Origin: Tepidisphaera sp.
GTDB lineage: Bacteria > Planctomycetota > Phycisphaerae > Phycisphaerales > UBA1924
Direction of reading: 5' to 3'
NCBI GenBank assembly: GCA_050916045.1
Contig: CP051526.1
Span: forward strand, 2,144,001-2,208,000
DNA length: 64,000 bases
Shown: piece after piece, positions 37,176-44,766 of the stretch
How positions within the stretch are numbered: the stretch's first letter is position 1
Layout of the letters: the number at the start of each line of letters is the position of its first letter
Made by a program: the position numbers and the translations under genes
The notes under the pieces: generated by a model
Database searches by the model: none
Told to the model about the DNA's origin: nothing
The model's input: the letters and a program-made list of their open reading frames with translations, nothing else

Positions 37176-39400
37176 TCTCAAGACCCCCCAAGACCAAGAT
37201 CCGCGAGATCTTTGCCGGCGCCTGCGACCTCACCGATGCCGATCGCTCGCGGTACCTGGACAATGCGTGCGGCGGGGACGACATGGTGCGGGCCGAGGTC
37301 GAGTCTCTGCTCGCGCTCGACCGCGCTGAGGGCGGCATTCTCGCGGAGCCGGATCTCGCCTCCGGACGCGGCCTCGGCGATTCCTTCACGCTCCCTTTGC
37401 ACGAAAGCCCCGCGCCCGAACGAATCGGCAGGTTCAAGTTGATCCGCAGGCTCGGCATGGGCGGCATGGCTGAGGTCTACGAAGCCGAGCAAGACGACCC
37501 CGCACGCCTGGTGGCCCTGAAGATCATCGATCTCGCCGCCGTGTCACCGGGGATGAGCGCACGGTTTGAGCGTGAGGGGCAGATTCAGGCCTCGCTCCAC
37601 CACACCGGCATCGCGCAGGTCTTCGAAGCCGGCGTGCATCAGCAGGGCCGCAGACAGATCCGGTTCTTCGCGATGGAACTCGTGACCGGAAGGCCCATCA
37701 CCGAGCACGTGACGCGCGAGAAGCTGACCACGCAGGACCGCCTTGCGCTGTTCCTCCGTGTGTGCGACGCCGTCGGCTTCGCCCACCAGAACGGCATCAT
37801 CCACCGCGATCTCAAGCCATCCAATATTCTCGTGGCGATGGACCGCGGCGTCGCTCAGCCCCGCGTGCTGGACTTCGGCATCGCCAAGAGGACCACGCCG
37901 GGCCTCAACGACGCGACGATCTGCGAGGGGGGGCACACCTCGCCGGGGCAACTCATCGGTACTCTTTCGTACATGAGCCCCGAGCAGATCACAGGGGCAG
38001 CCGAGGCGGTTGATACCCGTGCGGACATCTACGCGCTGGGACTTATCCTGTTCGAGATGCTCACCGGCAAGCCGGCGCTCGCGGTCTCGGGGCTCTCGCT
38101 GGTTGACGCCGCACGCCGGATCGTCGAGGACGCGCCCGTGCGGCTCGGCTCCCTCGTACCGTCCCTTCGCGGCGACCTCGAGACGATCGTCAGCAAGGCC
38201 ATCTCCAAGGACAAGGCTCGCCGGTACGACTCGGTCTCCGAGTTTGCCGCTGATATCCGCCGCTACCTCGATCAGCAGCCCATCACCGCACGCCCCGCGA
38301 CCGCCATCTATCAGTTCCGCAAGTTCGCCGGCCGCAACCGCGCGCTCGTCGTGACGGCGGCCCTCGGCGCGGTGGTCCTTGCCGCCGGCGTGGTCGCGAC
38401 CGGGATGCAGGCCCGAGCCGCCACCATCGCCCGCGACGACGAACGCGAGGTCAGCGCGAGGTATCAGTTGCTCGCCGAGGAGGCCCAGCGTCTCGCCGAT
38501 CGCTCTCGAAAGGACGCTGAGATCTCGCGGGCCGTCGCCGAGTCGCTGCGGGACGTGTTCTACCTCGCGACCCCGCTGCGGTCGCAGGGGAAGGACCCAA
38601 CCCTCCGGCAAGCAATCGACCTCGCGGCTGACCGGTTCGGGAAAGGAGACGAGATTCCTCCCGAAGCCGAAGCGATCGTGCGCAACGTGTTCGGAATTGT
38701 CTTCCGCGACTTCAGCGAGTTCGACAAGGCACAGGCCCAGTTCTCCGCCGCCCTGGAGATCCGCCAGCGCGTCCTCCCGCCGGACCACGCCGACATCGGC
38801 GAGGTCCGACAGAACATCGGCGTCAATCTCAGCCAAGCGGGAAAGCCCGAGCAAGGGGTCGAGCATCTGATCGAGGCCCTCCGCATCCAGAAGGCCGCCC
38901 TGGGAGCCGAAAGCCCCAAAGTCGCGCAGGCGACGTACAACCTCGGACGCACGATGCTCCGGCTGAAGCGGTTCCAGGAGTCTCGCGCCCTGCTGCTGGA
39001 TTCGCTCGAAATCCATCGCCGGATCGAACCGGACAAGAAGGCGCACATCGCGTATCACCTCAGCACACTCTCTGGCGTTGAGCGAGCCCTCAACAACGCG
39101 GATGCGGCCGAGCGGTACGCCATCGAAGGGCTCGAAGTGATGCGGGCGAGCGTCCAGCCGGGCAATCTGGCGATCGCAACCTCGTTGTACGAGGTCGCCG
39201 CGGCACGCATGATGCGAAACGACTTCGCAGGTGCGGACGAGCCCTCTCGAGAAGCCTTTGGCATCGCCTTTGATGTTCTCGGCTCGAACCCCGCCCACGT
39301 CACGCTCGCCGCGATCCGCGACCAACGCCTCACGATCCTCGACGCCCTTGGACTGAACGATCAAGCCGCGACGGTCAGAGCAACCGTGCCGCCACGCTGA
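37172..39400 (+). CDS. Ser/Thr protein kinase with TM segment and TPR repeats
   Basis: GMGGMAEVY, VALK, HRDLKPSN, DFG and YMSPEQ motifs; ATGA overlap with the ECF gene. Confidence 0.93.
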   Translation: MISRPPKTKIREIFAGACDLTDADRSRYLDNACGGDDMVRAEVESLLALDRAEGGILAEPDLASGRGLGDSFTLPLHESPAPERIGRFKLIRRLGMGGMAEVYEAEQDDPARLVALKIIDLAAVSPGMSARFEREGQIQASLHHTGIAQVFEAGVHQQGRRQIRFFAMELVTGRPITEHVTREKLTTQDRLALFLRVCDAVGFAHQNGIIHRDLKPSNILVAMDRGVAQPRVLDFGIAKRTTPGLNDATICEGGHTSPGQLIGTLSYMSPEQITGAAEAVDTRADIYALGLILFEMLTGKPALAVSGLSLVDAARRIVEDAPVRLGSLVPSLRGDLETIVSKAISKDKARRYDSVSEFAADIRRYLDQQPITARPATAIYQFRKFAGRNRALVVTAALGAVVLAAGVVATGMQARAATIARDDEREVSARYQLLAEEAQRLADRSRKDAEISRAVAESLRDVFYLATPLRSQGKDPTLRQAIDLAADRFGKGDEIPPEAEAIVRNVFGIVFRDFSEFDKAQAQFSAALEIRQRVLPPDHADIGEVRQNIGVNLSQAGKPEQGVEHLIEALRIQKAALGAESPKVAQATYNLGRTMLRLKRFQESRALLLDSLEIHRRIEPDKKAHIAYHLSTLSGVERALNNADAAERYAIEGLEVMRASVQPGNLAIATSLYEVAAARMMRNDFAGADEPSREAFGIAFDVLGSNPAHVTLAAIRDQRLTILDALGLNDQAATVRATVPPR

Positions 39401-39539
39401 CGCTTGCCTGCCGACTATTCGGAATGCCACGAAAGGTCCGGCAAACAGCTCGACCTGATGTGTACAAACGCCGGCATCACCTCAACCCATCCCGCTCAGC
39501 CGCAGGCCTCGCACGTCCGGGTGAAATCTCCAGAACAGC

Positions 39540-39565
39540 CCCGCCCGGACGTTCGTCCGGGCGGG
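39540..39565 (-). terminator. Hairpin downstream of the tRNA 3' fragment (probable terminator of the original tRNA locus)
   Basis: cccgcccggac-gttc-gtccgggcggg. Confidence 0.6.
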
Positions 39566-39577
39566 TGTCGTTTGAAA

Positions 39578-39823
39578 ATGGAGCGGAAGAGACTCGAACT
39601 CTCAACCCCTAGCTTGCAAAGCAACGAGCCCAGTGCGGAAACGCCTACAAATACAGGCTCAAACGCACTTCCCAAAACTGCCCACAGCTTGACGCACAGC
39701 CTATCGCCCGTCAGGCCCGCCGACGCCGATCTCACCCGCCTGATCGACGCCTGGCCGACCCTCCCCCCACCGCTCCGAGCGGGCATCCTCGCGATGATCG
39801 CCGTCGCCGGGGGTGCTCTGTGA
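39578..39823 (+). CDS. Small hypothetical ORF next to the att site (start uncertain)
   Basis: C-terminal DADLTRLIDAWPTLPPPLRAGILAMI; the nearest ATG lies at the edge of the tRNA fragment, so the true start is unclear. Confidence 0.4.
   Translation: MERKRLELSTPSLQSNEPSAETPTNTGSNALPKTAHSLTHSLSPVRPADADLTRLIDAWPTLPPPLRAGILAMIAVAGGAL
39579..39622 (-). pseudogene. 3' half of tRNA-Ala(TGC), probable att site
   Basis: Minus strand reads GC-TTTGCAA-GCTAG-GGGTT-GAGAG-TTCGAGT-CTCTT-CCGCTCC-A: anticodon loop, T-arm, acceptor 3' strand with U70 and A73; D-arm and 5' acceptor strand absent. Confidence 0.85.
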
Positions 39824-40587
39824 GCCCGATGGAGGACACCCTCGCCCGTCTCCGGGCGCTCGCCGCTGCGAAGCGGGCGGATGCTTGGGAGAAGGGCCGA
39901 CCTCGCCAACGCGCCGCCGACAAGCGGAGACGGCTCGCGAAGGCGGAAGCCGCCTATCTGGCGATGCCGAGGCTCTTGGATGGGGTCGGGGTGGCCGGGC
40001 GGTCGGCGAGGCTCCAGGACGGCTCGTCGGGCCCGTGCGCGGCGAACGCGGGAGGCAAGGCTTTCCCGCGAGCGGGCGCGACCGGCTCCGGACAAAGGAC
40101 CCCCAATCCCCCCGGAGAGAAACTGGACAAGCGGACGCGCGGCGGGCGAAATCCCCTCGGACTTCCCCCATTCGTGAATCCTAGACCGCCGACGCCCGCT
40201 CCCGGACGCGAACCCTTCGACACGCTCTTCACCGACCTCCGCCACTTGCGCGGCGATCTCCGCATGGTTCGGACGGCGATCCGCGAGGACCGGGTGCCGA
40301 TGGAGACGCGGGCGGCGCTCATCGACAAGTTGCTTTCGATCCTGGACCTTCAGCCCGAGATTGAGCGTGCCAAAGGCTCGCACCGCGCCGCTTGGGCCCT
40401 GATCCGCGCCGCCCAGTGTTTGGTCGATGGGGTCGGGATGGACCAGCGGGAGGAGTTTCGGGAGTATCGGCGGGAGCACGGTTTGGGGTCACGAGGACCG
40501 ATGCCAGCCAAGGACCGTGACGTACCACGCTCCGTCACCTATCCATCCTCGGACCCGGCTCTCTCTAGCGCCCTCCGTCGAGCTTGA
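39820..40587 (+). CDS. Hypothetical protein
   Basis: 255-aa ORF with GTGA overlap to the preceding ORF; no motif recognised. Confidence 0.4.
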   Translation: MSPMEDTLARLRALAAAKRADAWEKGRPRQRAADKRRRLAKAEAAYLAMPRLLDGVGVAGRSARLQDGSSGPCAANAGGKAFPRAGATGSGQRTPNPPGEKLDKRTRGGRNPLGLPPFVNPRPPTPAPGREPFDTLFTDLRHLRGDLRMVRTAIREDRVPMETRAALIDKLLSILDLQPEIERAKGSHRAAWALIRAAQCLVDGVGMDQREEFREYRREHGLGSRGPMPAKDRDVPRSVTYPSSDPALSSALRRA

Positions 40588-41197
40588 CGAGTTGCAGTCG
40601 CGCCCAGTCCTTCCACGCATCGGACTCGCCGCGCATGGCGATCTCGGAGAGGTTGGCACGGAGTTCGGCGCGGGCTTCGGGGGTGCGTCCGCCTGAGGGC
40701 GAACCGGCCATGGCGGTCTTCGGGCGGTCGGGGTGCATGAGTTCGAGGCGGGCGAGTTGCTGGAGGCTTGCGATGTGGCCGGGGTGGATCTGCAGCGCCG
40801 TCCGCACATGGTCGGTCGCTTGGTCGTATCGGCCCGCCGACTCCAGCGTAAGTGAGAGGTTGAGGCGCGGGTCGGGGTGGCCGGGCAGGAGCTTGCGGGC
40901 CCACTCGAACTCGCCAGCGGCTTCGTAGAGCTTGTTCTGCTTGAGGAACAGCACGCCGAGGTTGTTGTGGGCGGGCCCATGGTAAAGGTCGGCCGCGAGC
41001 GCTTCACGGAGGAGCTTCTCGGCTTTTTCGATGTCCTCGGCCATGAGCGCGGCGGCCTGCTGGTTGAGGGCGTCGGCTTTGGAGGTGTCGCGTCGCTCGG
41101 GCTCAAGCGGCGAGTACGCGGTGTTCGGCCCGGACCGGCACGAGGCGAGCGCGGCGAAGGGCACAAGCAGGGCAAGAGCGAGCAGGCGGGTTCGCAT
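40565..41197 (-). CDS. TPR lipoprotein (pilotin/PilF-like candidate)
   Basis: Lipobox LASC; TPR motif AHNNLGVLFL...EAAGEF; last gene of the T2SS-like operon. Confidence 0.75.
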   Translation of the reverse strand: MRTRLLALALLVPFAALASCRSGPNTAYSPLEPERRDTSKADALNQQAAALMAEDIEKAEKLLREALAADLYHGPAHNNLGVLFLKQNKLYEAAGEFEWARKLLPGHPDPRLNLSLTLESAGRYDQATDHVRTALQIHPGHIASLQQLARLELMHPDRPKTAMAGSPSGGRTPEARAELRANLSEIAMRGESDAWKDWARLQLVKLDGGR

Positions 41198-41217
41198 GGG
41201 AGATCCTTGCGGGTCGA

Positions 41218-41775
41218 TCAGGGGGCGGGCGAGGGAATTGCTTTGGGGGACGCGGGAGAGGCGAGGTACGTCGTGGCGAGCGTGAGACGGGCTTCGTAGG
41301 TCGAGTTCGTGTCCGCCTCCCCGTTGGCGTGCGAGCAGTCGATCCGGGTCACGATCCACGCGGGTTCGGCTTCACGCCACGCGGCGAGGAACTGGCCGAG
41401 CTGACGCGCCGTGATCGGAGCGAGCGAGACGGTGATGTTCTGGCGACGGTACGAAGGGCCGGTCGGGTCGCTTGACGGCACCGCTTCGTCCGAGCCCGGG
41501 TTCACGGCGCGGAGGGACGCTTCGCCGACGCCCGCTATGGCGAGGGCGGCGCGGAGGGATGCGCTCACGCTCTCGGTGGGCTTGGACGCGAGGAGAGCGG
41601 TCTGCCGCTGTGGCTGGAGGCGCTGGATCTCGGCGAGCTGCTGCGAGAAGGCGACCGCTTGGGTGCGGGCGTGGGTCGCGTCGGAAGACGCCGAAGCAGC
41701 CCGCCACGCAGAGAACCCCGCTCCGCAGATGGCGATCGCAGCGACCGCGCGGACCATGACGAGGGCAGCGGTCAT
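41218..41775 (-). CDS. GspM/PilO-like inner-membrane platform protein
   Basis: N-terminal TM, coiled segment, ferredoxin-like C-terminal pattern (ITVSL...QLGQFL); operon position. Confidence 0.55.
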   Translation of the reverse strand: MTAALVMVRAVAAIAICGAGFSAWRAASASSDATHARTQAVAFSQQLAEIQRLQPQRQTALLASKPTESVSASLRAALAIAGVGEASLRAVNPGSDEAVPSSDPTGPSYRRQNITVSLAPITARQLGQFLAAWREAEPAWIVTRIDCSHANGEADTNSTYEARLTLATTYLASPASPKAIPSPAP

Positions 41776-42686
41776 GGCGTTCCCCCTTGCGGCTTTGAAT
41801 TGGGGGATGTGGGGGTCAGCGTGAGCTGCATCTGGACGCCCTTGCCGCTGGTGGTGATCTGCGGCTGCGCGGGTGCCCACCCGGGCGCGGACCCAAGGGC
41901 CGAAGCCAGCTTCTCCGCTTCGGGGAGCGTGGGCAGCAGGGCGCTGAGGCTGAGCTGCGAGGGCGCGGCGGAGATCGACTGGACCTGGGCTTTTGTCCCA
42001 CGCGGCCACGCGGCGAGCACCGAGGCGAGCGGGTCGGCCGCGTCGGCGAGGCCGAGGCTGGCTTGCGAGTTCCGGGTCGCCCGCAGACGCGAGAGCTCGC
42101 GATCGAGCGTTACCGATCGTTCGTGAGCGGGCTGGTCGGGCCGGATCCCAAGGTCCTGCGCGGGCTGGGAGCGGACCAGTTCGTCCAGGGCCGCAACCGA
42201 GGCTCGTTCGGCTCCCCGGGCGTGGGCGGCGCGGCGCTCGAAGCCGACGACGCACCCGAAAGCGACCATCGCCGCGAGCCCCGCGACCGCGAGAGACCGG
42301 TGGCGGCGGGCGGCCAGCACCGCTCGCGGCTCGAACGCGCCCGTGAGCACGTTGAGCGATTCAGGGTCGGCGTCTTGCGTCAGCCACTCCGGCAGTGCCG
42401 AAGGCGCGACCGTGATCGCGGAGGCGAGATCAGGCTCGCCCAGCGCCGCAGCCGGCAGGGCGCACGCCAGCACCGAGCCATCCGCGAGCATTTTGTACGC
42501 GGGGGCAACGGTCGCCAGTTCCACCGGAAGGTGGGCGGCGAACGCTTCGCCCAGCACCGCGCGTGTCATGGACGTGCCGAGGCTTCGGGCCGTGACCACC
42601 GCCAGGTCCGGAGACGGTGTGAGGACCGACCAGTAGAACCGCTCGGGCGTGAGACGCGGGTGGAGATGGTTGGGAGAGCCGGTCAT
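41772..42686 (-). CDS. GspL/PilN-like protein
   Basis: Cytoplasmic N-domain (HLPVEL), LNVLTGAFEP before a single TM, periplasmic VQSIS...LSLSA domain; operon position. Confidence 0.55.
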   Translation of the reverse strand: MTGSPNHLHPRLTPERFYWSVLTPSPDLAVVTARSLGTSMTRAVLGEAFAAHLPVELATVAPAYKMLADGSVLACALPAAALGEPDLASAITVAPSALPEWLTQDADPESLNVLTGAFEPRAVLAARRHRSLAVAGLAAMVAFGCVVGFERRAAHARGAERASVAALDELVRSQPAQDLGIRPDQPAHERSVTLDRELSRLRATRNSQASLGLADAADPLASVLAAWPRGTKAQVQSISAAPSQLSLSALLPTLPEAEKLASALGSAPGWAPAQPQITTSGKGVQMQLTLTPTSPNSKPQGGTP

Positions 42687-43210
42687 GTGCCGGGCCTCCG
42701 TTCATCGTTCAGCGACAGCTTGCGGACGGTCTCCCCGTCGGCGAGCTCGATCGTGTCGGCGGTCAGCGAGGCCACGGTGTAGCTGGCTTTGCTCGTGGTG
42801 ATCTTCTCGCCCGCGGCGACGATGAGCATCTGGTCGCTCTCGGGGTCGTAGAGGGCGGCACGCAGCACGGGCGGACCGCCGTCTGTGGGTGTGTCTCGCG
42901 TGATGCCGATGAGCTGGAGCTTGAGCGGAGGAGGCGGTGTCTTCTGGGCGACCACGGGCGCGGGCGGCGGCACCGGCGTCGGGGTCCAGAGGGTGACCTT
43001 GAACGCGTCCGCGTTGAAGGCGACGCCGGCGGGGCCAGCGGGAGCGTGCACCGGGTCCGGTCCCGAGGCGAGCGTGATGGGCTCGGGTTCCAACGGCCAG
43101 AGCGCCCACGCAGCCAAGCACGCCACTGCCGCGACGCCCACGGCCGCCAGACGCCGCGTCGAGCGGCGAAGAGCCAGGACGGGATTGTGGGGTGTGCGGG
43201 TGGGGGTCAT
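42683..43210 (-). CDS. GspC/PilP-like protein
   Basis: N-terminal TM, Pro-rich linker, LKLQLIGI...AAL...GEKI...V HR-like domain. Confidence 0.6.
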   Translation of the reverse strand: MTPTRTPHNPVLALRRSTRRLAAVGVAAVACLAAWALWPLEPEPITLASGPDPVHAPAGPAGVAFNADAFKVTLWTPTPVPPPAPVVAQKTPPPPLKLQLIGITRDTPTDGGPPVLRAALYDPESDQMLIVAAGEKITTSKASYTVASLTADTIELADGETVRKLSLNDERRPGT

Positions 43211-44730
43211 CCTTCGAGCCCCTGAATGACCCGCTGCACCTCGACCATCGAGGTGATGCGTTCGCTTGCGAGGCGCTGGCCTTCTTCCATGAGCGTCTGC
43301 ATGCCGCCCGCCCGGGCCGTCTCGCGGATGGTCTGCTCGCTGGCTTTGGACGAGATGAGCTCCCGCACACGGTCCGTGACCGTGAGCATCTCGAAGACGC
43401 CGAGCCTCCCTCTGTACCCGAGGTTGAGGCAGTCCTCGCAGCCCTGACCGTCGCACGGGCCGTGGAGCCGGCGAACCAGCCGCTGGGCCAAGACCGCCGA
43501 GAGCGACGCGCTGACGAGGTAGGGCTCGATGCCGAGATCGACGAGCCTCGTCACCGCCGAAGCCGCGTCGTTGGTGTGGAGCGTGCTGAGCACGAGGTGG
43601 CCCGTCAGCGACGCCTGCATCGCCATGCGGGCGGTTTCTTCGTCTCGGATCTCGCCGACCATCACCACGTCCGGGTCCTGCCGCAGGATGTGCCGGAGGC
43701 CCGTGGCGAAGGTGAGCCCCTTCTTGGGGTTGACCTGCGTCTGGCTCACCGCGACGCCCACCGTCGAGAGCTCGTACTCGATGGGGTCCTCGATGGTCAT
43801 GATGTTGTGCTCACCGGAAGCGCCGCCCGTAGAGGACGACGCCATCAAGCGGAGCGAGGCGTAGAGCGTCGTCGTCTTGCCGCTCCCCGTCGGGCCCGTG
43901 ACGAGCACGATGCCGTGGGCGCGGCTGAGGCGCTCTTCGAGGCGATCTTGGATGTCGCGCGGCATGCCGATCCGAGCGAGATCGATCAAGTGCTGGTCGC
44001 GGGAGTTGTCGAGCAGGCGGACGACCGCCCGCTCCCCGTAGCTCGTGGGCAGCGTGCTCACGCGGAGATCGATCGATCGCGTCCCGTCGCTTCCTTGTCC
44101 GCTTCCAATGGTGACGGTCGCCCGGCCGTCCTGCGGGGCTCCACGCTCGGCCACGTCCATCCGCGACATCACCTTGATGCGGGTCACGACCGACGCCGCG
44201 AGCACGGCGGGAAGCTCACGCACGTCGTGGAGCACGCCGTCCAGCCGGAACCGCACCAGCGTCCGGTCCGCGAGCGGCTGCACGTGCACATCGCTCGCCC
44301 GGCGGGAGAGGGCGTCGAACAGGATCATGTCCACAAGCCGGATCACCGGGCCCTTGCCCTCGATGCGAAGGAGGTCGCGGTCGGCTTCGGTGAGCAGCTT
44401 GGCGGCCTCGGCCTGTGCTTCGGCGTCGCCGGTGAGGTCGGAGGCGTGCTCGGCCGCGTCATTCGAAGCGTGCGGGTAGTGCAGGTCGATCGCGCGGGCG
44501 ATCGCTTCGGGCTCGTCGAGGACCGTCGTGACGGGCGAGGCCAGAGCAAGCGCCACGTTCCCCGGGATCCACGGCGGCGTCGAAGCCGCGACCCGCAGCA
44601 CTTCGGCCCCATTCCGCACCCCACCACCGAGCACCAGGTGCCTCCGGCAGAGCTCGCGCGGCACGCGGGCCAGGAACGACGCCGATGGCTCGCTCCACGC
44701 CGGACCCGTGATGACCGCCTGCTCGCTCAT
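43207..44730 (-). CDS. gspE: GspE/PulE-family secretion ATPase
   Basis: ASDVH, PQDGR, GPTGSGKTTT, TIEDPIEY, LRQDPDVVMVGEIRD, GHLVLSTLHTN and Cys pairs. Confidence 0.95.
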   Translation of the reverse strand: MSEQAVITGPAWSEPSASFLARVPRELCRRHLVLGGGVRNGAEVLRVAASTPPWIPGNVALALASPVTTVLDEPEAIARAIDLHYPHASNDAAEHASDLTGDAEAQAEAAKLLTEADRDLLRIEGKGPVIRLVDMILFDALSRRASDVHVQPLADRTLVRFRLDGVLHDVRELPAVLAASVVTRIKVMSRMDVAERGAPQDGRATVTIGSGQGSDGTRSIDLRVSTLPTSYGERAVVRLLDNSRDQHLIDLARIGMPRDIQDRLEERLSRAHGIVLVTGPTGSGKTTTLYASLRLMASSSTGGASGEHNIMTIEDPIEYELSTVGVAVSQTQVNPKKGLTFATGLRHILRQDPDVVMVGEIRDEETARMAMQASLTGHLVLSTLHTNDAASAVTRLVDLGIEPYLVSASLSAVLAQRLVRRLHGPCDGQGCEDCLNLGYRGRLGVFEMLTVTDRVRELISSKASEQTIRETARAGGMQTLMEEGQRLASERITSMVEVQRVIQGLEG

Positions 44731-44766
44731 GGCCGTCCTACGAATGCCGAATGCCCAATGCCGCTC

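Noticed and set aside
39579..39655. Intact tRNA-Ala gene
   Set aside because: The 5' acceptor strand, D-arm and most of the 5' anticodon stem are missing; only the 3' half is present.
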